Of a DNA stretch of 64,000 nucleotides, positions 48,100-62,146 are shown piece after piece (the stretch's first letter is position 1; each line of letters starts with the position of its first letter). A program made the translations under genes and the position numbers. The DNA comes from Octopus bimaculoides. Lineage: Eukaryota. Location: NCBI RefSeq assembly GCF_001194135.2, contig NC_068985.1, forward strand, positions 29,791,388-29,855,387. The letters are read 5' to 3'. A model generated the notes under the pieces. It searched no databases and was not told where the DNA came from. It saw nothing but the letters and a program-made list of their open reading frames with translations.

Positions 48100-49900
48100 G
48101 AAGAGAAAAACCAAAACTATCCCCGCCAAAATCTAGGTGAAAGACAGAAAATAAACTCATAGATTATAATATTTAGCTAAACATAGTCTATGTTATATTG
48201 AAGGATCATAAAGAAAATCTTGTTTCTTATCTGAAATATAGATTAATTAATCCAAATAAATCTGAGATTTGTTTAATTAGCAAGGAAGTCTCCAGCGAAA
48301 TTAACAGTAATATCAGAATGATAATTAGCCTTTAACAATGAGATAATAGGAGCATGGTCATTAGCTAAACTAGTAGTATTAATAAGAAAAGCAACTTCAA
48401 ATTTACCCATATTATTGAATATTATCCTGCTATCTCTACATTCCACCTCACCTAATATTCATTAAGATATATAACAACATAGTATTATACATGGTAGAAA
48501 AATTATGCCCTCTGACATGATTTTGCCTGGGTCAAAAGAATCACACCCCATGTAAGTATGAGGAAAGGGGAGTATATAAGAATGGTGGAATATGTGATCT
48601 GATAAGATTATCTATCCTAGATACACTAAATATTTTTATTACAATAATCTTTGGCTTATAAAAAGATGTTGCTGTATCCCAAAATGGTAAAGCAACAGAG
48701 CCCAACCATTTTTGGCATCATGCACTTAACAAAATAAAGTGCATAATATATAATTTAATTATTACATGTACAATATATATATATATATATATANNNNNNN
48801 NNNNNNNNNNNNNNNNNNNNNNNNNNNNNNNNNNNNNNNNNNNNNNNNNNNNNNNNNNNNNNNNNNNNNNNNNNNNNNNNNNNNNNNNNNNNNNNNNNNN
48901 NNNNNNNNNNNNNNNNNNNNNNNNNNNNNNNNNNNNNNNNNNNNNNNNNNNNNNNNNNNNNNNNTGGAGACATCTGTGTTAAAAGAAATGCTTCAGGTAT
49001 ATTTAGAAAAGTAAATATTAATATCGCCAATAATTTTGGCCAAAAAATAACAATTGTTACTAACTTAAGTATCTTTCATTTATTAGACACAACCTTCAAT
49101 TTAACTTTTTTGTAAACATAATACAGGCTTACATAAATAAAGACTCCACAACTTTTAAGAATCAGTTCTGGAATACCTAACCTGTCATCAAATAAGGCTA
49201 TCCTTGATACACAAACTCCTACAATAAGCTAGAATCTGGTAGGTTCAAAAAGGAGATCATTTATACTCCTAACCACACTCTGCCATTTCACAATAAGAAT
49301 GGAAGTTGTAACATCACCTGACTTACCACCCCCTTCATCTTTAAGTATTAACACTAATATCTGTAAGAATAAGCATTTCATAGCTTTAATTGATAAGGAT
49401 TTCCCTATTAGCCACAGATACAGAAGATTATTTAATAGAAACAGTCTTAAACTAAGTTATCATCTCATTATTAACATTGTGAATTTAATAACATATAATT
49501 AATTGATGTTAACTGCATATGTCAAAATAATAATGCATGCTCCTTTAATGAATCATGTAATGCTAAAGAGATCATCTATGAAGAAGCCACATCTACCAAG
49601 CCAAACCTTGATGTAAGGGTGATGGAAAGTAAATTTAAACAATGGTACTGCAATAATGTCTTCCTTCTAACATGTAGAAAATAGGAATGCTACAAAACTG
49701 TCTTATTACATTTGGCATTAGAAAGAGTGTGCTACAGATTGCAACAAAGATCCTTGAAAGATGTGAATCGTATAAAACTGGAATAACAAACACAACTTAC
49801 GAACAGCTGAGATGAACTTCATACTCAAGAACTGACATGATTCTGCTAAATGCAAGGTCATAAATATTTATGACATGCCATCACTTTGATAAGTACTTAA
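48100..49900 (+). mobile_element. Degraded Penelope-like retroelement (RT to GIY-YIG region), interrupted by gap 48794-48964
   Basis: YRLINPNKSEICLISK (RLINP.KSEIG.ISK) near 48235-48290 and NTNI...FIALIDKDFPISHRYRRLFNRNSLKLSY near 49350-49460, both characteristic of Penelope-like ORFs. Confidence 0.75.
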
Positions 49901-51381
49901 TGGAAAACTGGAATTTAATATCACCACCAGATTGAATGGATCTACACTAAAACATTCACCTACACTTTATATTACACCTCCATTACCTTCTCCCTTCAAA
50001 TCCTGAAGCCTCTTTATTTATTTGACTAATTAATGCATGCAAGTACATATGTTCTATTATACACATACATCTGTAAATGTGTATAGACACTTGTGGTTAT
50101 GTGTGCGTGCATGTACAAGTATACATACAAACACACACACATGGAGCCTTGGCTGTGTAGGGAGAAGTTTGCTTCTCAACAATATAGTTTCAGGCTCAGT
50201 CCCACTATGTGACAACTTGGGCAAGTGTCTTCTACTATAGCCCCACACTTACAAAAGCCTTGTTAATAGAACTGAAAGAAGCCTGTCTTATATATATGTG
50301 TGCATGGGTGTGTGTGTGTGTGTGTGTTTATGCATGTTACTGCATCTTTGCCTTGACATTGCATGATAGCTGTAAACAAATATTACCATCATGTAAGCAA
50401 TCTCCTTCATTTCCAGGTTGCCGAGAAAAGATGTATAGTCATGGGGAAATATTACTTTACTTGGAAACAGTTGAGGGTTGGCAACTTGGGAACAAGAAGA
50501 GCATTTGGCCCTAGAAAATATGATTCAACCATTTCTGTTTGAGCAAAGAAAAGTGAACATTAAAATACTGATTATATGCATGTATGTATCTATCTCNNNN
50601 NNNNNNNNNNNNNNNNNNNNNNNNNNNNNNNNNNNNNNNNNNNNNNNNNNNNNNNNNNNNNNNNNNNNNNNNNNNNNNNNNNNNNNNNNNTTTTTTTTTT
50701 TTTTTTTTCAAGTTTTCTTCTCTGGTCATTCATGTTTTTAAGTCCTTTAGATTATATATATATATACATACACCCCCACCCTTACCCCACAAAATTATCT
50801 AATCACTAAAGTAAATTAACTCGTATGTCTTCTACTATAGCCTCGGGCTGACCAAAGCTGTGTGAGTGAATTTGGTAGACGGAAACTGAAAGAAGCCTGT
50901 CATAGATATATATATCTATGTGTTAATGTGTGTGTGTCTTTGTATCTGAGTTTGTTCCCCCACCATAACTTGACAACCGATGTTGGGGTGTTTACATCCC
51001 TGTAACTTAGTGTCCTGGATGTCAATTTCTTCAACTAAAACTCTTTAAGGTGGTGCTCCAGCATGGCCACAGTCAAATGATTGAAACAAGTAAAAGAACA
51101 AAAGAAAGAGTATGAATTGTGCTCCTCAGAACATTCCTATCTCAGCATGCATCCAGTGTAAGTTGCATGTTATTTGGAATTATCTAATTTGTTGGTTATG
51201 ACACTTGTCTAATGATTGCTTAATTATTCATTTTAACAAAACATGAATCATAAGAGTTACAATATTATTTCTTTTATAATGAACTATATTAACTACATTG
51301 AGTTTATATCTGTACAAATAACCATTTCTTACACACATATAGTATAATGTCAAAAACAATTAAGTAAAACAACAAAGAAAG

Positions 51382-51422
<41 letters not shown>

Positions 51423-54400
51423 TATGTATATGTATATGAGGCCTGATCAAAAAGTATTGGGATTGTTGCTATGGCAACAAAGCTAAAGTATAGTAGAAAG
51501 GATTGTTGCTGTTGCTGCTGTTGTTATTAAGGCAGCAAGCTGGACAAAATGCTTAGCAATATTTCACCATTGCTACGTTCTGAGTTAAAATTCTACCGAG
51601 GCCAACTTTGTCTTTCATCCTTTTGGGGTTGATAAATTAAGTACCAGTGGAATAAATCGACTAGTCCCCTCCCACAAAATTTCAGGCCTTGTGCTTTCAG
51701 TAGAAAGGATTATTATTCATGTGATCATGTGATTGACCAGATTATTGGATTTTGTTATACCTCAATGGTCACAATGTGCTTTGCATCATTTTAGCTTTTG
51801 AATGGCGCCACCCCACTGTTGGCAAGCAGCCAACATTCCTCCTGATCACAAGGCTAGTCCAGCAACACGAAATGAACTGTTTTGCTGAAAAACACAACAC
51901 ACAGCCGGTCTGGGAATTGAAACCACTATCTCACAATCATGAGTGCAACATATTTAATGACTAGGCCATGTGCCTTCACCTATTATTATTAATATGATGG
52001 AAATGGTAGAGCACCAGACTAAATACCTTTCATTATTTAACTTTGTCATTCATTCATCCAAAGACCAATAAAGTACTAGTTGACTACTAGGACTGATTAA
52101 ATTAACTATACCCTCTCCCAAAATTTGTGGCCTTGTGTCAATGTTACAAACTGACACCAACTTTGCCTTTCAGCCCTCCAGGGTCAGAGAAATAAAGTAC
52201 CAGTCAAGTACTGGAGTTAATGGCATCAACTACTACCTCTCTTATCAAAATTACTGGTTTTGTTCCTAAATCGGAAACCATTATTATTATTATTATTATT
52301 ATTAGCAGTAAGAGTTTGCTCTGGCATTCCATCACAACCTTCTTTTATTTCCTTCTCAACTACTCATCTACCCCTATATACAGTGGAGGTGCGTTGTGGC
52401 TTAGTGGTTGGGGTGTTGGGACTCAAGATCGTAAGATCGTGGTTTTGATTTCTGGACTGGGCAACATGTGTTCATTTCATGTTGCTCCAGTCCACTCAGC
52501 TGGCAAAAATGAGTAATCCTGTCACGGACCATTGCCCCATCCAGGTGGGGAATATATATGCCAGGAAACCAGCTCTTATGAGACGGTATGACTTGAGAAG
52601 GTAACTTTTTTTTAACCCTATATACAATGCAGGGTAGCCATGTATCTCCCCTTTATAGCAAGAGACTCAAGCTTGTCCCTATATCATATTTCAGTTTGTC
52701 AATGCCTGGCATAAAACCAACTTCCTCTCACAAAGAACCCCTCCCTCCACTTGGTAGTGGGAGCTCTTTCCTTGTTCATTTTCTGTCTAGCAAGCAATCT
52801 CAGCAACCTCATTAGGGCCAGTGGCACAAAAACAATACCCTGTACACACTGTAATGTGATTGACATTAGGAAGGACATCCAATAAAAGAAATCATGTCAA
52901 AGCTTACACTGGAACTCGGTACAGCCTTGCAGCTCACAGGATCCTGTCAAACTCCTAACCCATGCAAGTATGAAAAACAGATGTTAAATGATAACGATGA
53001 TGATGAGGGTGATGATGATGATGATATTTTGTGTTGAAGAAGGCTAGATCTTCTCAACTTCTTGTACCACATCTCTGACAACAAATAATTCTTGTTGAAT
53101 GCTTCTAAGATTCCATAACTGAAAATGTGGAAGGTAGGTGGGTGGGTGCTAGGTCAGGGTATTAGGATTAAACCAGAGATTTATTTGTTTCTTCTAGAAT
53201 ATGGAGAAGACACTGACAAATGAGATGTCAGTCATCATAACTTAATGAGGACACTCATTAAAAAATACAACAAATAAAAAAAACAACTAATTTGTTATTT
53301 AACTCAACACATTTCTTGAAGAAGTGGGGGATGATGACGAAGAGGTGATGATCCATGTGACCTTTTTTTTTAGGAAATATGATAAGCTAATGTTTGTTTC
53401 CAAGACATATAAACCTGATGTAGCAGACAAAACAGCAGCAGTAGCAAGCCAACAAAGGAACCTCTATGTGGTCAGTCAATTTTCTAGAAATAGCAACCAA
53501 ATCTTCTTTATATTGTATCCTGCTTATCTTAAAAAAAAGGCACATGGGATAATATAGTTTGGGTATTCTAAATTTAGATGAGAAAGAATAAATAAATGGT
53601 TGTGGCTAAACAAACAACAGCAATAGTATCATGAACAATGATTTCTTACACTGGAATAATGGTAACACCTAACTTGGAATTTGAACTCCAGATCAGTAAG
53701 TGATGAAACTATTCTACCATCCTTCCAATCAAACTTATAAATAGCAATGATGATGATGAAGATGACAGGAGGAGGAGGAGGAGAAGACAAAGAAGAAAAA
53801 GAGGGGTGTTATAGACATTGTGTGTGTGTGTGCGCACACACACATATATGTATATACACACACAATGTCTAAAAGCGTGTGTACGCATCTAAATGCCGAC
53901 CAGCTGACGCCACTGATGGAGCTGTTGAGCCGTTCAAGCCAGTGATATAACAAGACATCGTTAGAGGCAAAAGATGTTAATTAATTAGGAAACAAGGAAT
54001 CCGCAGAATGTACAACATTTTCCTTGGAGATTTTTCTTTTCTTTTAATCATTTCTATTTTATTCTTTAATTTTTGTTTATTGTAGTGAAATGGCTGAATG
54101 ATGGTGGTATTGGTGATGGTGGTAATAATGATGAAAGCTATTGTAGTATTGGTTGTTGTTGTGGTAGTTGCAGCAGAGATAATGGTGGTGTTGGTGTAGG
54201 TGTTGGTAGTGATGGAGCTAGAGGTTGCAATGTTACCAATGTTTATACTGTTAGTATATAATGAAAATGATGACGATGACGAGAATGGATGTCAATGAGG
54301 ATGCTGACAATGAAATTATCTGTACCAAAAAAGTTACCCATGACACCCATTATCTTCTAATTTAGATTCTAAATGGTAAAATAAACCAAAACTATTCATG

Positions 54401-55079
54401 AAATTCAACGGAAAACTTGTGCAATTTAGAATTTGTCAACAAGACACAGGCATGGCTGTGTGGTTAGAAGTTTGCTTCTCAGCCATATGGTTTTGGGTTC
54501 AGTCCCGTTGCATGACACCTTGGGCAAGTGTCTTCTACTAATAGCCTCAGGCTAACCAAAGCCTTGTGAGTGGATTTGGTAGGCGGAAACTGAACTGTGT
54601 CTCTGTGAGTGTTCATCCCCTGCCACCGTTTGAAAACCAGTGTTGGTGTGTTTACATCCGGGTAACTTAGTAGTTTGGCAAAAGAGGCTGATAGAATAAG
54701 TACCAAGCTTTAAAAAAAAAAAGGAAGTACTGAGGTCGATTCATTTGACTGAAATTAGTTCAAGTTATTGCTCCAGCATAGCCGCAAGTCTAATGACTGA
54801 AACAAGTAAAAGATAACTGAAAACTAAAAGATAACAATGAAAAAATTTCCCTGTTTAGTGTAATTTGAGGTTACCAACCTCAAATCCTACCGGGTGACTA
54901 CCCACCAATAAAGCAGAAGAAAGCTTACTGAAACAAGGTGTACACTGGCACAATTCAGCTCTGGATTTTGGACCATATCATATGAGTATAGCAAATGAAT
55001 AGATTCAGATGCCATCAACATGCGTCTAGGTTTCAGTGGCACTACACATGATGTCCTATATCTCTTCCAGTGTAGTTAA

Positions 55080-55300
55080 TTAATCCTGCTAGTCTAAATA
55101 TACTGGACCAATAGAACAACCCCAGGAAAGCATCAGAATAACATCAACTTGAATTGCAGCAATGTACAGGACTTCTAATGAAGCAATCATCACAACAACC
55201 TGGAATTTGTCTGAGGAAGGAGAAAGGAACAAACTGTACTGGTTAGTGATACGTGATGCTGCAAAAGACTTGTACACCCACTACAGCATGTACTCTGAAT
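55080..55300 (+). mobile_element. Possible degraded LINE C-terminal fragment (R1/I-like)
   Basis: AAMYRTSNEAI resembles the AYRT.S.EA motif; nothing else recognisable. Confidence 0.3.
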
Positions 55301-58107
55301 CAAGGGCAGTGTTCAGAGGCTGCAATAATTGTACCCTGCTAAACTTACATTTGCTATCTGCACCCCCTTACATCCTTGACTCCCTCTCTCAACTACCTAT
55401 CTACCTACACACACACACACAAACAAAGTTTCTTTCTCAAAAATTCACTCATAATGTTATGGTTGGCCTGAGGGTATAATAAAGGATGCTTGTCCAAGGT
55501 GTCACACAATGGAACTGAACTGGACACCACATGATTGTAAAATGAAATTGTTAACTATATGGCCACACACACACACACACACACACATTGTATATGAGCC
55601 AATGATGGATGCACTATACAACCACTCAGAAAGAGCAGCCAAACAACCCTCAAATTGCATTCTTCCATCTGAAAGAAAAGGTAGAAAACAGGGCTTGGAG
55701 TTACTGATGCAATAAAGAGGAGGGTAATAAATTGCATCACCAAAGCACCAGAGAGGGGTTTGGTTGAAGGGGACAGACCAGAGGTTTGTTGCTACTTTGA
55801 TACAAGCTAAGACTTGATTAACTCCTGTTGAGTCAACTGGATGAGGAAGTCCGATGTTGAAAGACCCAAAACCCCTTGAAACCCAACAAACATCACTGAT
55901 GATGCATCTCAGTGCTTCCATGAGATGTATCTTGGAACTAGATAACAATATCTGCATAGAAAAAAAAAACACCCTAATGCCATGAAACTAATTTTAAAAC
56001 TTTTAATGCAAGCATAGCAAACAAATTTTTAAAAAATAGACAGTATGAGAAATGCTACATCCATTGATCTTGTTTGGTATGTTGGTATTTAAACAAAAAT
56101 TAATTCTATGTATATTTTGATCTATTAGAATTGTTTGACTTTGAAAGGCTACTTCTAATTACTATATATATGTATATATGAAACAATAATTTATTTTTTT
56201 GAACTCCAAATGTCAACAGCTTTTATTTCTCCTGCCAAGTACTGATGCTTTAAAGAGCAAGCAGTCCCAATGTGTGTTTTCCTTTGCCATTTGTATGGAA
56301 TTAACAAACTATTTCTAATGATTGACTAAAAAAAAAAAAATGTCTGAAAAGTAAGTGATTGTCAATATGTACTTCTTTCCTGCTATATAACATCTATGGC
56401 TTCTATTGATCAGTCAGGGCTGACCATGCATCTGCCCCTAAATTGTTCCTCCTCAGGGAATAGGTTTGAGCAAAAGGTTTTGTGGAAGAGCAGTAGATAC
56501 CCAAAGCCATGCATAAGGTTGCCCAAAGGAAAAAGGAAAGGGTTGATACAACATGGCACCAGTGTCATCACAGGTGAACTTGGAATGCAAAGAGATAGAA
56601 CAAATAAATATACTGCAAGACATTTTGTACTACACATTAACAATTCAACCAATCCACTTTTCTGGAGTCCACCACAAGCTTCAGGCTTAAAAAAAAAGAA
56701 GTACTGAGGTTGATTCATTTGACTAAAATTACTTCAACAATGCTGAGGGCTATGCCTAAAATATACACACTAGGGTGTGAAAACTGTTTTGTTTTGCAAA
56801 ATTTTCCTGAGGAACTTCTTTTATCAATTCCACAAAAAATATATTCTTGTCAAAGCTAAGTAATTTTTATGCAAGGATTAGTTGCTAAAACTTTCACTGT
56901 AAAGTGGTATTGTACATTACAAGGAGTTTGAGATGTAGGGCTGTTGCGCTACTTCAAATTGGTACTGATAATGTTAAATGGATATTTGTGTTCTTTTAAA
57001 GAAACGTAATTTGGATTGCTTTTGGACTGTCAAAATAAAACAACAGTATTAATGTATTTTAAAAGTCTCATTTTCTTTCTTTGTTATTTACAGAAAAATA
57101 TTGCTTGATTCACTAACAATGTTTGGATTTAGAAAGGGAATTTCTCAAGACTAAATCAAACAAAGAATTCATATACCTTATAAACTGAACACCCACAACC
57201 CAACAAGTAAATACGTATATCATCATTTGAGTTGCTAGAAATAACAGCTAAATCTTCCTTAAACCACACATACCATTGTCTTTAAGGAAAAAAGGATTAA
57301 GACATATTAAATACTGTGGTCTGAAATACTGTTAAACAGTATTATAAAATCTCGACAATACACCTGCAAGATCAGGGCTGACTTGGGGCTAAGCACCAAG
57401 AATGATAAGAACCAGAACGTCAAGATCCATTTTCCCTCTGTCAGATATTGTTGTTTGCATTTTCTCATATTTTCTTTTCTTTTGTTTTCAAAAATAATTC
57501 CTATGTGTATATTGATTCTCTGACTCAGTTTGAATTTGGAAGAGCCAATTCTAAAGACTATCCCATTCTGGTAATGAATCCAAAATGGCACTGTATATTG
57601 TTTGTTTCTCTTTGGCAATAACATCATGCCTCAAAGGAAGCTAACACCATTCTGACATTTTGGGACAGCTGTTATATGTGTTTTCTATGTCTCAGTCTTA
57701 ACACAAATTTGGCACATTTGACATTTCCCATTATAGATACAAACACAGATAGTTAGATAACAGAGCTGGGTGGGGGGGAGAAAGCGGTAAACAGACTGAT
57801 AGATAGCTAGTCATATAGATATACAGATAGATAGACATACAGACAAACAGACAGTTAGATACATAGCTAGCTAGCTAGATAGATAGATAGACAGAGAGAA
57901 AGACAGACAGATAGATATAAAGATAGCTACAAACACAAATAATTAGTTACACACATCCATCACTCACATGTATAAACATAAGAAAATAGTCATGTATATA
58001 TGTGTGTGTATGTACATACATATATGTGTTATTATCGTTGAAGAGTTCAGTTTAACGATCGAAAGCACTAATAAAGAATTAACCAAAATTCTGACTGCCT
58101 CCTTCTT

Positions 58108-58143
<36 letters not shown>

Positions 58144-58686
58144 TCTTTTACTTGTTTCAGTCATTTGATTGTGGCCATGCTGGAGAACTGCCTTGAAGGG
58201 TTTTTTTAGTCAAACAAATCAACCCCAGAACTTATTTTTGTATGCCTAGTACTTATTCTATTGGTCTCTTTTGCTGAACCACTAGATTACAAGGATGTAA
58301 GCACACCAACACTGATTGTCAAACAGTGGTGGTAGTAATGGTGGGGGTGGGGGACAAACACAGACACAAAGACACTCACATATATACGATGGGCTTCTTT
58401 CAGTTTCTGTCTACCAAATCCACTCACAAAGCTTTGGTCAGCCTGAGGCTATAGTAGAAGACACCTGCCCAAGGTGCCACGCAGTGGGACTGAACCCAGA
58501 ACTATGAGGTTGGGAAGCAAACTTTTCACAACATAGCCATGCCTGCACCCATATATACATACATACATATATATATACACACATTTATGTGTGTCACACA
58601 CACATACATATACATACATACACATTGACTGTGTNNNNNNNNNNNNNNNNNNNNNNNNNNNNNNNNNNNNNNNNNNNNNNNNNNNN

Positions 58687-58733
<47 letters not shown>

Positions 58734-59354
58734 ATATATAATTTACCTTTTACTTATTCCAGTCATCAGATTGCAGCCATACCAGGGCACCACCTTGAAG
58801 AAATTTTCTGTTGAATGTATCGACCCCAGTACTTATTTTTTTAAAGTCTCATACTTAATCTATTGGTCTCTTTTGCCAAATCACCAGAAGCTTTGTGCCT
58901 GTATTTGTCCCTCCACCTCACCCCTTGACAACTGGTGCTGGTATACATACATATATATATACACACATTTATGTGTGTCACACACACATACATATACATA
59001 CATACACATTGACTGTGTATGTCTGTAGGTATGCATGTATGAAGTCCAAATGAACAAAAAAAACGACAAACAAAATTTACTCTACAAACAATATAGAATC
59101 CCACCATCAGTGGATGTTTTGTTGTTTTCTAGAAATTGATTCACAACACCAAATACACTGTGTTTACAGCTCAAACAATCATTAGTACAAATAATTCCAC
59201 CATCGGTACTGTGTTGTGTTCAACCGTACTTAAGACACTTAACTACTGCTGGCTCAACTTTATTAGTTGTAAAAAGGCACAACAAACTTCTATAAGAAAT
59301 GAAATTACCAAATAATATTTGAATACTTATTGACCTGTAATAGTGAGGACTGTC

Positions 59355-59742
59355 GGAGGCGCAATGGCCCAGTGGTTAGGGCAGCGGACTCACGGTCATA
59401 GGATCGCGGTTTCGATTCCCAGACCAGGCGTTGTGAGTGTTTATTGAGCGAAAACACCTAAAGCTCCATGAGGCTCCGGCAGGGGATGGTGGCGAACCCT
59501 GCTGTACTCATTCACCACAACTTTCTCTCACTCTTACTTCCCGTTTCTGTTGTGCCTGTAATTCAAAGGGTCAGCCTTGTCCCACTGTGTCACGCTGAAT
59601 GTCCTCGAGAACTACGTTAAGGGTACACGTGTCTGTGGAGTGCTCTGCCACTTGCACGTTAATTTCACGAGCAGGCTGTTCTGTTGATCGGATCAACTGG
59701 AACCCTCGACGTCGTAAGCGACGGAGTGCCAACAACAACAAC
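59355..59742 (+). mobile_element. Full-length young tRNA-derived SINE with (AAC)n tail and 13-bp TSD
   Basis: TSD agtgaggactgtc at 59342-59354 and 59743-59755; CpGs largely retained; same family as 31298-31678. Confidence 0.95.
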
Positions 59743-60934
59743 AGTGAGGACTGTCAAAATGTTTGAGATGGTGTGCCGCTGCAAGACATACAAAGACACA
59801 TAGTGGGTGTAAGTTACATAAGAGTACTGTCCATTTTTTAAAATGCTACTGTTCCTACACACACACATTCTACAAACTCATTCTGTTGCCAATACTAACT
59901 CCAGGTAAATCTTGGGATGCCATAATTGATGATGTACAGGCATATACTGAAGCTACAACATTTGCAGAGATTTATCATCATCGTCATCATCATCATCATT
60001 TCACGTCTGCTTTCCATGCTGACAAGGGTTGGACAGTTTGACAGGAGCTGGCTAGGCGGAAGGCTGCACCATGCCTTGCTGTCTTGGTATGGTTTTTACG
60101 GCTGGATGCCTTTCCTAACACCAACCACTCTACAGAGTGGACTGAGTGCTTTTTACGTGATACCAGATGATAATAACGAGCAGGTCTTTCCATAGTTGAT
60201 CTCTGTGACTGAGCCACAATTCTTGGTCAAATACAGATTGGTAGGTTGGCATCTGGAATATTGCAAGAGGCTCACTGCTCTCTACAGCTAAACAATGAAG
60301 TTACAGCAATGTCAACTGTTGCATTCTATAGTGGACTAATGAAGACAATGAGTGACAATGGCCAGGGAATAATTCTAGGTACTGATAGGGACAGTCTATG
60401 AATTTGCTTCTGGAGTATGTTCAGGTTTTGGATTATGAACAATTTTCAAAAATTCTTTACCTTATGCTACAACACTGGGATATTACTTGCATGGAGCATT
60501 ACTCTGCAGACATGACCATAATGAAACCACCAGCAACCAAACCTCTCTGAAATGTTTGAAAAATGACCTTATATTAGTTCGGTGTCTGTGCATTACTGAT
60601 TTATGGGGTCATGTTGAACAGCTGTTATTATAAGTAGGGGGACAGACCTGACCTATCTTTCTATCAGCTGAGTCTATAATGAAGATCTGAAGACTGACCC
60701 ATACCCTTCATTTGGTGAGGAAGAGAGGGTAAGTCTTATGTCTGGTGGTTATGTTTATGACAATGATGGTGATGATGACAATGATGATGGTGGCTGTCAT
60801 AGTATTCATGGTGATAATGGTGATACTAATAATAATGATAGTAGTTATGATGTTTTTGGTAGTGGTGGCAGCGGCAATGATGACTAGCAGGAACAATGAC
60901 ATTGATGATTATAATGATGATGATAACAATGATA

Positions 60935-60977
<43 letters not shown>

Positions 60978-62096
60978 CAACGACGGGTGTAATAAAGAAT
61001 AAAAAAAGACAGCTGGCTTTTGTTTCCTATCTGTTACACAACAGTCTATTTTAAATTATATATATGTATATTTATTTTCATGATTCATGAAAGGGCAAGG
61101 GAGCAGAGGAGAGAGGGGATTTCCCTTGCCCCCTCCCACCGCACACTCCTCACCTTCACACCCTTCTACACCCTCCACACACTTCCTCACTGCCAACATC
61201 ACAACCACTTCTTCCTTCTTCTACCTCACCCCTGTCCGTGCATGTGCTTCTGCTTACCATATGCAATCCCACCACCACCACCACCTCATTAGTTTTCACA
61301 CTGGTGCTACACAAACACAACATCTAACACAATGACTACCACCACCACCACCACTTACACTAACATTAGTCTAATCATCAATACTGAACTTCCTCTCCAT
61401 GCGCCCAAGATTAAACATCACACCACCAACGCTGTCTCAACCACATCACTATAAAAACACCATCACCACCACTCCTACCAATACTGCTATCGAGATGCCA
61501 CCATCATCGCTATCAGAGTTTCTATACGATTACTCGATCAGCAAGAGATAGCACCTAAATGTTATCCTACTGCTTCAGAAAAAGAGCATGTTGGATAATG
61601 TAGTTTTGAGTTCATTGCACATAGCAACAAAAATGGGATGGCCATGGATGGAATGTCTTTCGGGCATGGTTGTGTGGTAAGAAGCTTGCTTTGCAACCAT
61701 GTGGTTTCAGGTTCAGTCCCACTGCACAACACTTTGGGCAAGTGTCTTCTATCATAGTCCCAAGCCAACAAATGCCTTGTGAGTGAATTTGGTTGACAGA
61801 AATAGTGTGAAAACCCAATGCCAGCCAGGCAGCCAGCCAGGCAGCAAGCTGGCAGAAACGTTAGCACGCTGGGTGATATGCTTAGTGGTATTTCGTCTGC
61901 CACTACGTTCTGAGTTCAAATTCCGCTGATGTCGACTTTGCCTTTTATCCTTTCGGGGTCAATTAAATAAGTACCAGTTACGCACTGGGGTCGATATAAT
62001 CGACTTAATCCGTTTGTCTGTCCTTGTTTGTCCCCTCTGTGTGTAGCCCCTTGTGGGCAGTAAAGAAATAAGAAACTGTGTGAAAACCCATTATAT

Positions 62097-62146
<50 letters not shown>

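Noticed and set aside
35833-53906. Recurring CAGCTG E-boxes in unique islands
   Set aside because: About six are expected by chance in 62 kb at this base composition.
58570-59016. About 60-bp repeat before the gap at 58635 and again near 58955
   Set aside because: Low-complexity sequence next to a gap; misassembly is as likely as a real duplication.
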